A stretch of 63,837 nucleotides of DNA, filler included, from Octopus bimaculoides (lineage: Eukaryota), in the NCBI RefSeq assembly GCF_001194135.2. It is 6 parts of 5 records of this genome, joined end to end, with 100 filler letters (N's around TTAATTAATTAA, not from the genome) between each part and the next. Parts side by side here need not be neighbours in the genome. Positions count along the whole stretch, not along the records: positions 7,828 to 14,304 come from NC_068991.1; positions 14,405 to 31,768 come from NC_068982.1; 4 more parts are not named here. One strand, 5' to 3'. The notes under the pieces are model-generated. The model was given only the letters and a program-made list of their open reading frames with translations, had not been told where the DNA came from and did no database searches. Position numbers and translations under genes: made by a program. Positions 10,941 to 22,789 of this stretch are shown here, in pieces (position 1 is the first letter of the stretch; every line of letters begins with the position of its first letter).

Positions 10941-11933
10941 CATTCATATCTTAAGATTTTGCTTAGGCATAGCAATACAAATAACTAGGTGTTAGAACTC
11001 AATATACATATGCTTCAGAATAAAGCATTAGGTGAGTACAAAGCATAACATGAAATTAAATAAATGACATGGGAATAGGAATTACATGATCAACTTCAGT
11101 TTTGAGTGTGCTGTATGCTATAGCAGAAACATCTGTCAGCTAATGAAGTTGAGTATATATTCCTGTTCCTCTGTCATTTATTTAATTTCAAATTATGCTC
11201 TCTCTCTCTCTCTACACACACACATATATATATTCTTTTATTCCTTTACTTGTTTCAGGCATTTGACGGCAGCCATGCTGGAGCACTGCCTTTAGTCGAA
11301 CAAATCAGCCTCAGGAGTTATTCTTTGTAAGCCTTGTTTGAGGGGTGGTGTTACGTTGAGTCGTTGACCCGAACATAATGTTTTTATTCTGTCNNNNNNN
11401 NNNNNNNNNNNNNNNNNNNNNNNNNNNNNNNNNNNNNNNNNNNNNNNNNNNNNNNNNNNNNNNNNNNNNNNNNNNNNNNNNNNNNNNNNNNNNGATAGAG
11501 TAAATCAAATTAAAAGAGATGATTTATATGAAACAAATTATACTGACTATTTTATCAGATACACAAATCTATTTGGATGAATGTTCTATGAGATAAGGCA
11601 AGCAAATGGTTGGATACACTCAACAAGTGAAATCCGGTTGTCTCAACACAATAGTGAGTCAGATCTAATTGGATCATTTTCCTCAGGTGACAACAACTTG
11701 TAGGATACCAATGCTATGATTCAGTTATTACACCAGGTGAGTGTGTGTACGTAGATGTGCATGTAATACTATGATGTGGTTACTAAACTAGATGTCTGTA
11801 TATATGTATATATATGTATATATATGTATATATATGTATATGTGTTTTCTGTCTATCTCTCTCTCTATCTTGTTCTTCCTTTCTGTTTTTCTCTCCCATC
11901 CTTTCCCTATTCTTCTCCTTTCCCCTTCACCGT

Positions 11934-12007
<74 letters not shown>

Positions 12008-12444
12008 ACTCTTCCGCCTTGACTCTCTCATTGATCACACATGATTAACAGCCATTCTCTCTCTCTTCCACTTCCTTCCTAAAGACAAGACATGCTTTTA
12101 TCTGTCTCTTCTCAAAGCTCATTTTTCTAGTGTTCAGCGCTTCACCTTGTCTTGGCTAACAGTCCTCACCATTTGTTTTTGCTGTTTTGTTTTCACTGTC
12201 CTGTTTTTGTTACCACTTTCACTTTCCGCAAAAAATCCCAAACTTTATTTAATTTGCTATGCGGGAAGGACTGTTTTAATGAAGTTGCGTCTTGTCCTCA
12301 TATTCGAAACGCGGAGTAGATAGAACAGGGGACAACTGATGAAGGGAATTTTCTTTTTGTTGCATGTCTCGTTTCTCTGTTTGTTTGTTTTTTCCGTTGT
12401 TCAAAAAAAAGTTCGTTTTCTATGTTTTTGTCAATATCTAATGG

Positions 12445-12852
12445 GTAGGTATATTGGACCATCGGAAACAATTCCATCCATTTTAAGATTTTCAATTCAT
12501 GAAAGAGTACCTGCAATAGTGAGACTGCAAGTTCACCTACCAAACGAACGAAGAATATTGCCCAGAAATAATGAAGATATATATGGTTGTCAATGAACAA
12601 CATATGAGAACAACACTGACAGAATTTTTTCATTGGGCATCAATGATGACTTTGCAAGAAACATTACTTTATACTGAAGTACCCATGTATTTCATTTGGA
12701 ACAGTAGTAACAAAGAATGGCAAAAAAGAAAGTGAGGAAAAAAGTTGAAGGTCATTTGAAGATTTTCAAAGAAGAAACACTTGGTTGTGTTTATGTTGTC
12801 ACACCAAAGGCAGGAGAATTGTATTATTTAAAAATTTTATTGCATGAAGTTC
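12445..12852 (+). mobile_element. Helitron Rep/helicase coding relic
   Basis: YLMGRYIGPSETIPSILRFSIHERVPAIVRLQVHLPNERRI, then LLYTEVPMYFIWNSSNKEWQKRK and TLGCVYVVTPKAGELYYLKILLHEV: conserved Helitron motifs after the Rep domain, with frameshifts. Confidence 0.85.
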
Positions 12853-12937
12853 AAAATAGTATTTTTTCCTTTCTTGCTATGCATTGACATTTTCTACTTG
12901 GAGTAGTGGTGACCCAATGGGTTACAGTGGGTACAGG

Positions 12938-12982
<45 letters not shown>

Positions 12983-12986
12983 TGTG

Positions 12987-13187
12987 CACACCTTTCAATG
13001 CTGTGTATGCCATAAGGTCTGCAAATCTAACTGAGGCCTCAAAAGACATTTTAAGATCCACAAAAATCAGAACTTAAATGCAGCTCATGGTGGTCCAAAT
13101 CAAATATGCAATCTATCTTGGTCTCCTTCCAATACATTGTCTGGTTTAAAAAGCCACATCAGACGCCATGATGGATCTAAGGTGTAA
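12987..13187 (+). pseudogene. Two degenerate C2H2-type fingers, probably the 3' end of an RTE-like LINE ORF
   Basis: HTFQCCVCHKVCKSN*GLKRHFKIH...ICNLSWSPSNTLSGLKSHIRRHDGSKV*. The first finger is C-x2-C-x12-H-x3-H with a TGA at 13032; flanked by (TG)n on both sides. Confidence 0.55.
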
Positions 13188-13267
13188 GTACAAGAGATGA
13201 TGAGACTCTGCATAAGGAGTTGACATCACCATATATGTGTGTGTGTGTGTCTGTGTGTGTGTGTGTG

Positions 13268-14010
13268 TATTGGGTCATTCCATAAATAATGTGGTTTTTT
13301 TATACTTCTTTTATTTTTCAAAATTAGGATAAACAAAATTCTTTTTTAATCTAAAATATACTCTCCTTCGTTTTCTACAATGCTTTTCCATTTATCTGGT
13401 TTCTTGCAAGGCCCCTCTTCCAAGATTCACTTGTTTGTGATGAAAAATACTCCTCCAGTACTGTTCTGACCTTGTCTACAGAATTCATATTTTTTCTGTC
13501 CAAATGATTTTGAAGACTACAAAATAAATGATAATCAGATGGGCAATGTCAGGCAAATATGGTGGGTGGGGCATCATTTCCCATTCAAACTGCTCCAGCC
13601 TTATGAATGTCATTCTCGCTGTATGTGGCTGAGCATTATGCTGATGGAAGAACACCTTTTCGTCTTGAAACCAAAGATGGTCATTTTCCAGTGGCACACA
13701 GCTGTTGATGAATGGTTGAATGACCAAATCCAGGCTTCCTTGTCTAGCTCTGCAGATCTTCCAGGATGATGCTCATCTTCTAGGCTGTAGTTTCCAGCTT
13801 CGAATTTCTGAAACCACCGTTGGCACAGGCTTATGCTTATTGTCCATTCTTTGTATACTACATTAATACTCCTCGCACTTTCCATTGCATTGTTGCTTTA
13901 TTGAATTCATAAAGCAAAATATGCCAAATATGCTCCTTCATCACTTCCATTATAACTTTGAAAAAATAACTGTTAAAATCAAACTGCACTCTTCAAAACT
14001 TGCACTAAGA
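13268..14010 (-). mobile_element. Internally deleted mariner (D,D34D-type) relic
   Basis: ESARSINVVYKEWTISISLCQRWFQKFEAGNYSLEDEHHPGRS (HTH) joined to FHQHNAQPHTA...MPHPPYLPDIAH (DNAxPH and HPPYSPDLAP motifs, decayed). Confidence 0.85.
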
Positions 14011-14419
14011 ATAAGTACAAGGAAAAATTATATATATATATATATATACACATATTTATGTGTGCAAAAGATATAAGTAGTTTTCCTTGGGGTTACTCAA
14101 AGTAATAGGTATGTGCTCTGAGTGTTCAAACTGGTATGCCACAGCTTGAATTGCAGTTGAACATGTGATTTTGTGACTGCCTCTCTAAAGTAGCTAGAGG
14201 TGGCTTCATCTTGAGCCAATAGGTATAGATTTAAACAGAAATGAAAAGGCAAATTGTTTGGCAAGACTTGACAAGGGCATTAATTTAGTTATATAATAAA
14301 TAGGNNNNNNNNNNNNNNNNNNNNNNNNNNNNNNNNNNNNNNNNNNNNTTAATTAATTAANNNNNNNNNNNNNNNNNNNNNNNNNNNNNNNNNNNNNNNN
14401 NNNNATATATAAACATAAA

Positions 14420-14900
14420 AGCTTGATCTTGATGGCTTGAGATAAAAATTAGCATACTCTCATCTTGTATGAGGAATACCAAACATCTTCATGCACTACC
14501 TGCCTGATATGAAACTCAAACACTTCCATGCACCTGGCGATGGACCTGATTTACTTGGAGGGACTATTTTCAATCATGGCCTGGATCTCATCAACAAATT
14601 CATGAGTTCTTTTCTCATCAGAACGATCGGAGTGAGTTTTCTTAGCTGCTGTACCTTCGTAATCACCATTAGATTCATCCATCTCTTTCCCAGTGCTCTG
14701 TTCTGTCCTCAGATTGACACCCAAACACTCTGAATTGTTCATATTGGAGCTTCGAGTGCGAATGCAAAGCAATACAACTTGTTGCTTCCAAATTTCTGGC
14801 AGAGTGAATTATGTCATTGTGCTGTTTTTCTCACAGACAGTGCCCAACTGACCCTACTATACTGTGTTATCAACAAAATGAAAAACAAACAATGCACATG
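14420..14900 (-). mobile_element. Tc1/mariner-superfamily transposase N-terminal fragment
   Basis: RKTHSDRSDEKRTHEFVDEIQAMIENSPSKSIRSIARCMEVF-like HTH followed by YSSYKMR; bounded by gaps. Confidence 0.65.
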
Positions 14901-15763
14901 CACGAAATTAAAAATANNNNNNNNNNTATATATGTGTGTGTGTCTGTCTGTCTCTATTACAATCTCCTCATCTCCCTCTCTCTCACCAAATATTACCTGC
15001 AGTCCTTCATTTGGGATGCTAATCTCTGAAACTTTTTTTTCCTTCCCATTAGTTCCTATATAACTCTTCTTTTCATCATTTTAAATTTCACAGCAATTTC
15101 ACCAAGCTTTCATACCCCATGTCTCTTTGACCTAAAAGCAAGCTATCATTCGGAGAGTGTGTGTGTGTGTACAGGATTCGTCTTCAATGGAGATAACAAT
15201 CAAAGAAGCAGCACTAAAAATAGAACATAGTTGTATTTGTTTTCATTATTATTATTGTTGTCATCATTATTGCTGTAGCATAATATAACTGCAAATCTCA
15301 AAGTAAATCTGATGTCATTAATATTCCAGAATGTTAGAGCTAACTCTATCAATCACAGAAAGCCGATCAATAAAAACAGTATGTTGTATTTATATGGACA
15401 TTATCATTTGATTAGCTCTCAAGCATTAACAAACCATTTGCACAGGGCAAATTACTATAAAGGTTAGCAATTGGGACATCTGATCTCAGTACAGAAGAAT
15501 GTCTGGATTTCTTTCGGATAGTATTAATTTGTTCTTTGAGCGATAATATGCTTTGGATGTTGAAGCAGATGATTATGAATAGTATGAATTAAATTTCAAC
15601 ATTAGTTGATAAAAACTAATGTTAACCTTATGATTTCATGAAATAATTTGTTTGAAAAAAAAAAAAATTATATACTATAAATACATGGAACTAGGGTCAG
15701 TATTTGTTATCACATACTATAGCCTGGATGTATGCCTCTGTGAATGAATCCTTTCAATAGCTA

Positions 15764-15833
<70 letters not shown>

Positions 15834-15849
15834 TAGGCATGTGTGTACC

Positions 15850-16082
15850 CATCTCTAGACATTACTTGAACGATTGTGAATGAGCATCATCATCATACAA
15901 GTGCAGTTATTCATTTCCAGTCTTTCATGAAAACATGTCTAGCCAAGGGAAAATATTATCTGTCTGGAGGCAGTTATGGGTTGGCAATAGGAAAGGCTTC
16001 TAGTTGTAGAAAACCTGCTTCGACAAATTCTGTCTGACCCATGCTAATATGAAAAAGGGGATGTTAAATGGTAACAATGATT
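15850..16082 (+). mobile_element. Old SINE sharing the 3' tail of the (GAT)n family
   Basis: ggttggcaataggaaaggcttctagttgtagaaa...tctgacccatgctaatatgaaaaggggatgttaaat. Related copies at about 24735-24900 (-), 27150-27295 and 29630-29722. Confidence 0.55.
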
Positions 16083-16299
16083 CCATTTGGAACAGATAAC
16101 TTCTATATGCAGCCTTTTCTAGCTAAGTTCTTGATTTATCATTTGATATTTTTGTTTTTTAGCTGTGTTATCCTTTTCTTTATTTGTTAATTTGTAGACC
16201 AAAGAGTTTTTTTTTATCCCTTCCTACTCTAAAGTTATTGAGATAATTTAAAATGGTTAATAAAGTTAATGCGTAGTTTGAATGGCAGGTTAATGATTA

Positions 16300-18520
16300 G
16301 ATGTAAATCATAAGAGTGTTCTTGAGGAATGCGGTTCTGAAAAAATAATATTAAACATTTCTCCCCTTCCTGTGTATCTCATGTCTGGACATGTGGCACA
16401 GGATGAGAAGGAAAAATGCAGGTGGGAGAGGTTGTCACGAAACTAAGGATAGTATCTATTCCAAGAGTAGTAAAAATAACAGACAAGGCCATATATCTGT
16501 TGTAGGCCAGTATATGTAGAGCAGTTATTATTAAAGTGTAACTGTCTGCTTTACAGTCTTGAAGCTTCTACAAACATAGAATAATTTAACAATATTAACA
16601 CCTCATTTCCTCTCAGGTGTGCATTCTTATAATTCCACAATTTGATGTATAGACTGGAAATGTGACTTTTTCTCTTTCAAAACGAGAATCTGAGAAGCAA
16701 ACATAATATAGTGTGTAAAGAAATGAATAATGCCAGGATACTTGAATACCATCTGGAATTTATTTGAAATCTGAGGGTATAATTTTAAAATCCAAGTGAG
16801 CACACATGCTAGCTTTAGATTAACGAATAAAATATAACAGTCTAGAATGAGAATTTAATTAAGATGGGTTTATTCTAATATTAATCCTCATTTGGCTATT
16901 TTATGCTTGTTTGTTTACTCCTGCTCTAACATTCTTTGCCATTTGTTTGTATTGTGTTCTATCAATAATGTATGAGACTGATTCTCCGTGGAGCTAGTTT
17001 GTTTGCTCATCTTTATTGATATTTCTCATTAATGTAGTCTCTTGAAAATGTCAGTTTCCCCTGATTGGTTTTAGTTAACTGTTAGATTTCTATACTGCTA
17101 TTTTAATAGTGGTTGATAAACTTTGATTTAGCAAACAGTATCAAACTGAAATTACTCTCCTTTTCCGCTTACCACTTGTAGTATTGACAGTGTCTAAAAG
17201 AGCTTTCTGTTCTGATTGGTGTCTCTTTATTTCATACTTATAACCTTTAGAGTTGTAATTTAAACTCTGACATTCCCAGTCATTTGTTACTTGAGGAAAA
17301 TTTATTGTAATAAACTTGCTTTTATTTCTTCATTTCTTTCAGTTGTGTCTTTTTGACTTGTTCTTTTCATGGGGCCAGACTGCATTGGGTTGACATTTTA
17401 GTCTGTTTCAAGGACCTGCCACTCATAACTGTTATATATTGTATGTTCTGAAACCACTGGTTTTCTTTTGTGGCAAGTGAGCAAAGTCCTTAATCTGAAA
17501 GATACAAGGTTTGTTTTAATGCTGGTATCATATTATCCATATATGCCATGAGGAGTTAAATGTTTTAAGTTGTTGCAGTAATGATCTAAGCAAGAAAAGT
17601 AGGATTAATGTGTAAAGGTGAGAAGGTTAAACAAAGTATTTTTCTTTTTTATTAAAGGGTCCATATTTACTTCAGATGTTTCATAGTCTTCATAAATTAA
17701 ACAATTTTACTATGTTTTCATTTATTTAATTAGAAAATAAATTCCAGCAATTCATGATAATATCAAATCCTTCCACTTTTTTTTTATGCAGTCTTCTGTA
17801 TTTTTTTGAGTTATTTCTCATGTCAACAATGGTTAATACCTTATTGTGTTAATACTATTTCCTGTCTTTGAATCTAATATCAAAAGCAGTATTACTATAC
17901 TCCCAAACAACAAATGCCATACCTAACTGTCCTGCCAAAAATGTGGATAATTAAGAAGTGTAACTTGCTTCAATCATCTCAGTACATAAGTCATGTTTGA
18001 AAGATAAATATTGAATTAATACTATTGAATACTTAGTGGGGAGATGTGCAGATATTAAGAAGAATGTAGATGTAAATATCATTATAGCAACAAGTATGTC
18101 TAGGAAGATTTATGTAGTTAGATGTTTAGAGGTATGGTAGAGTTCAAGGTACTTCTGAAAGTATCCAAGAATAAGAAACAGCATAAAGTGTTCATAATTG
18201 CAAAGTAGTTCATGAGAACCAAGGTATTATTGACAATAAAGCAGGTTTTCAACAAAAACAGGTGTGCTGGTCTTTTTGTGACATTGCAGAAGAGGACAAA
18301 AAGGAGTGTTCATTACAAACAATGGTTAAGCAGTAATTTTGTTTGACTAGATACATGGTTACAACAGCTGAATAGTGAATTTTCTCATTCAAAAAATAGC
18401 CAATGACATAACAAAATATTTTGTAGCTAAAAGTATTGACCATATTGTTACTTATATTAATTACAAAGGACTGAAAGTTGATTGAAATTTTTTTTAGGTT
18501 AGTGACTATATTTAGCATAG
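16300..18520 (-). mobile_element. Possible heavily decayed L1/Tx1-type ORF2 relic
   Basis: Scattered minus-strand remnants in RT order: NFQSFVINISNNMVNTFSYKIF, LMAYMDN (AYADD-like), FKYPGI, WNYKNAHLRG. Many stops; weak. Confidence 0.3.
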
Positions 18521-18854
18521 TCTTTCACCTTAACCCTGTTGAATAATGATTATAAATGTGATGAGGTAAGGTTTGAAATCTAACCATTTATATCAGAGAA
18601 ACAGTAATAAAAAAAATTCAGCAATAAATGACAGTGTTGTTAGTATTAAAATCATTCCAAATGTTTGCTTCATTATGAATAGTGCTTGGTATTATACATC
18701 CAGGTTATTGAACTAGACTATATACACATTTGGTTGTCTTGCTTGGAATGGAAGTACAAATGACAAGATCAGAATATCTATATACTTCTAAAACTCTGTG
18801 GTTGTTTGTTTGCTTGTGTTCTTGCTTGCATGCATGCTTGTCTGTAATTTGATA

Positions 18855-19172
18855 CAGCCCAATTGGCACATAATGGGAAAATACTCTGAAAGTAAGGTAC
18901 CCCTTAAATGTGAATACAAATGGATGAAACAAGTTTCACATAAACTGGACCACAGATTCCTGAGATATGTGGATTTTGGGGTTTGTTTCCACAAATTTAA
19001 GCAGTGAAACCTGGAGTTATTGCTGTTTACTGTGAACACCTTTATAAATAGCCAAACCAGAACATAATGAGAAAATACTCTGAAAGTAAGGTACCATCGG
19101 AATGTGAATACAATTGGAATAAAACAAGTTTTGCGTAAATCAGAGCACAGGTTCCCAAGATACATGGTCATG
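18855..19172. repeat. Imperfect tandem duplication, offset 194 bp
   Basis: acataatg(g/a)gaaaatactctgaaagtaaggtacc...atgtgaatacaa at 18868 and 19062. Confidence 0.85.
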
Positions 19173-19345
19173 GGTAGTCTAGTAAGAAATTTTAATTCTT
19201 ATTTAGATAAACTATGATTGAGATTGTGTTCTGCTTTTTATATCTGAAAATGTGTGCAGGCGAGCGAGCATGTGTGGTAAATGGTTTAGATGTTACTTAA
19301 TGGTAAATAAATTTATCAGAAAGGCTTTGACACTTTAATGATATT

Positions 19346-19611
19346 CCGTTGCCAGTGCCCCTGGACTGGCTTGTGCGGGTGGCACATAAAAGACACCATT
19401 TCGAGCGTGGCCGTTTTCGTGCGGGTGACACGTAAAAGCACCCACTACACTCTCTGAGTGGTTGGCGTTAGGAAGGGCATCCAGCTGTAGAAACTCTGCC
19501 AAATTAGATTGGAGCCTGGTGTTGCCATCCGGTTTCACCAGTCCTCAGTCAAATCGTCCAACCCATGCTAGCATGGAAAGCGGACGTTAAACGATGATGA
19601 TGATGATGATG
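19346..19611 (+). mobile_element. Young (GAT)n-tailed retroposon
   Basis: CpG-rich and nearly identical to 30230-30498; internal gtggcacataaaagacacc / gtgacacgtaaaagcacc sub-repeats; 3' ccatgctagcatgg palindrome; (gat)n tail. Confidence 0.9.
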
Positions 19612-20920
19612 TTCAAAGAAAGATTCCATCAACACTTAATTTAAAAGATACAATGGGTGGTGCTGAATTTAGAAGTGACTTCTTCGAAAGGTTTAGGATT
19701 CTTAGGTTCAATAAGTTGGTTTTTTTCTGAATACAGGAATATCTTTCAAAGGATTAACACTAAAAGATTTTGATTAATTTTTGAGTATTAGTGTTATTTA
19801 TTTATTTATTGTAAACTTGTAAACATATCAATCTTTACAGGCAAGAAAACTCTAGTCAAATTGAATTGGGAAAAGGTTACAAAAGATCCTTAACATTCTG
19901 AATCCAGCTGAATTTCTCTCAAATGAACACTATGTTTTTAAAATATTTAATTCTTTTATTTATATTTACAACTGTTTTCTTTTGTCTAGATTAGGATAAT
20001 GTAGACTCTATTTTGTAAACCTAGTGAAGTTTTTCATTTTTGCAGATAGCAATAGAAAGCCTTTCTTTAACAGTATCAAAAGGCTTTAAAGCTATCAAGA
20101 AATCTTTGAGTATTTACATCTACAGCAGAGTACTGTATTTTCTCAGTAATCCACAAAGGCACCCTATTAAATCAAAGTTGGCTGTGACCATCCTTCTCAT
20201 GTGTAGTAACTATCCTATTTACCAATTAGCTAAGAATGAATTTTTCTTTTGCTCTTATCTTTTGCCTTTCTTTCAAATGCCTGTACCATGATAAAACATC
20301 ACTGATTCTCTTACCAGTTTACTAATCACTATCTTCCTGTTTGATTCTGATGCCAGATAGTAACTGCAGATTTTACTTCCTGCTTAGATTTAACATAACT
20401 CACACAGAGCACTATTTACTTCCATGAAAGACTGTCTGAATTGATAGTATTACCTGTGCTTACTCTTAATAACAGAATAATAAGGCTTGCAGTAATGGTT
20501 CAGATCTTGTGCTTAGCAGTCTAGTATCTAAATTCACATTACAATTTTACCACAATATTCCAAGCATGTGTTAATATAACATCTTGGTTGTATTTGGGTG
20601 TTTTATTCACTTGGAAATTTTCACAATGCAAGTCATAGTTTAGAGACTAAACAGTTATATCTGCATTTCATTTTCTTAATTTAAATATATTTCTTATATT
20701 CTACACAGTTGTACTCGCATTGGGAATCTATGATTACCTACATGCCTGTATGCCTGCTTACATCTGCATTTCATGGTGGTATGAGTTGGATTGGCCACCA
20801 TGGCCTGCATCATTTCTTATTGGGAGCCATTGCTCTCATAGACTGGTGCATGTATGTGCACCACTTGACTTGATTTCTACAGCTGGATGCCCTTTCTGCC
20901 AACCATTTTACAGAGTATAC

Positions 20921-21084
20921 TCATCATCATCATCGTTTAACGTCCGCTTCCCATGCTAGCATGGGTTGGACGATTTGACTGAGGACTGGTGAAACCGGAT
21001 GGCAACACCAGGCTCCAGTCTGATTTGGCAGAGTTTCTACAGCTGGATGCCCTTCCTAACGCCAACCACTCAGAGAGTGTAGTG
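20921..21084 (-). mobile_element. Young (GAT)n-tailed retroposon, inverted copy (cut by gap)
   Basis: Reverse complement of 19443-19611 with only three mismatches that I could find outside the tail. Confidence 0.9.
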
Positions 21085-21261
21085 NNNNNNNNNNNNNNNN
21101 NNNNNNNNNNNNNNNNNNNNNNNNNNNNNNNNNNNNNNNNNNNNNNNNNNNNNNNNNNNNNNNNNNNNNNNNNNNNNNNNNNNNNNNNNNNNNNNNNNNN
21201 NNNNNNNNNNNNNNNNNNNNNNNNNNNNNNNNNNNNNNNNNNNNNNNNNNNNNNNNNNNNN

Positions 21262-21292
<31 letters not shown>

Positions 21293-22789
21293 ATTGGTGG
21301 GGAAAATTAAAACAAACACAAATATAAATTAGTCCCTATATACGTTTCACCACTGGAGCTATTTGGAACTCAGCATTGGATGTTCCAAGTGTATTTGTAT
21401 GCCTAACTGCAATGGCTCGTCAAGGCAAGACTTTATTGCATTCTGTTACAGAGATCTAAAATCTGATGTGTGTGTGTGTGTGTGTGTCTAATGTCACATG
21501 AAATCTTAAAGTCAGTGTTTAATTCTGGATTTAGTAGCATTAAGCAAATAGAATTCAAATTTTCTTTTCATTTTGAGAAACATATATTCTTAGACGATTT
21601 GCTACCTATTTTCTTACATATTAGTGAACTTATAATACATAAGCTAGCAATTCAATACTCTAGCCGCATGGCCAATTTCCTTTTCTGCACAAACATGCAT
21701 ATACAAATCTTTATATTAATAGCTGAAGTTTTTTTATGTCAACTAAGTGATAGACATATGTAAACAAACATAATATGAATTGAAAGATAGTATATCCAAC
21801 AAGAGAAATTATACCACATACATACCAACATTTACTTTGTGGATATGTTTGAAAAACAGGGTTGGCTAAAGGCACCAACAACTTAGTTGCTTGGAATCTT
21901 GTATTTGGAATCCTCAATGTAAAAGACAAAAATTAGCATTATGAATAGAATAAATACTTTTTTTTTCCCCTATATTCAATAAATTGTAATAAGCACTTTA
22001 TTCCTAGATTTACAAGTTTTACTCCTTGTGAAACTTTAGGAAAAAATATTTGTTAGAGCACTGAATTCATCTTGCTTGAGGCATCAGTAACTCTAATGCT
22101 GGTCCTATGGAGGAAACATCACATTAACCTCAGGTCAGCTACAATCAAACAGATTAATGATTAAAGGCCTCTCAGCTATGATCATTCTTATCTTTTTACT
22201 TGAAGCTTAATGTGTATAGGACTACATATTTAATGTTCTGTTCCCACTTCTTTTAAAGCAGTCAAATTTGAGGGGGATTTGGCTGCTATTTGTAGAAGGT
22301 TAAGTGACAATATAGAAGCTATCTCTTCTATCATCACTTCTACCGGTTACCCTCCTACTTGAAGTGGTAGGGGGAGTGTTAGATGCATCAAATGAAAATA
22401 AGTGATTATAATGTAAACTTTAACAGAAGCCATTATACTTGATCAAAAAGACTTAGAGAAGATGAAACTGTATAGTAGGCTGGCCATGGATTGTAACATG
22501 CTTGTACATTCTGTATAATGGTGGACGGTTTTTCTTTGGATCATTTTTCATTGCAAACATAGGTGGGACCATTAGTAAGAAGTTGAAGTGTGATACTGCC
22601 ACATGAAATTGTATATACTATATAAATGATATGAAGCTTAAAATAAAACAATAGACAATTGTGACAAATGTCAGAAATAGTTTATAAGAAAAATATAAAG
22701 TAGGCTAAAATGGGAAATTGTTTCAGTTTGTAAAATCCCATAAGCATTTCATATCATTGTTCATTTGTTTTAATTCCCTTTTAAGAGCT

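Noticed and set aside
19335-19538. Recurrent ORF MKPDGNTRLQS(N/D)LAEFLQLDALPNANHSESVV (also 20989 and 30133) as a small gene family
   Set aside because: It is the antisense reading of the young (GAT)n retroposon; conservation reflects recent copying.
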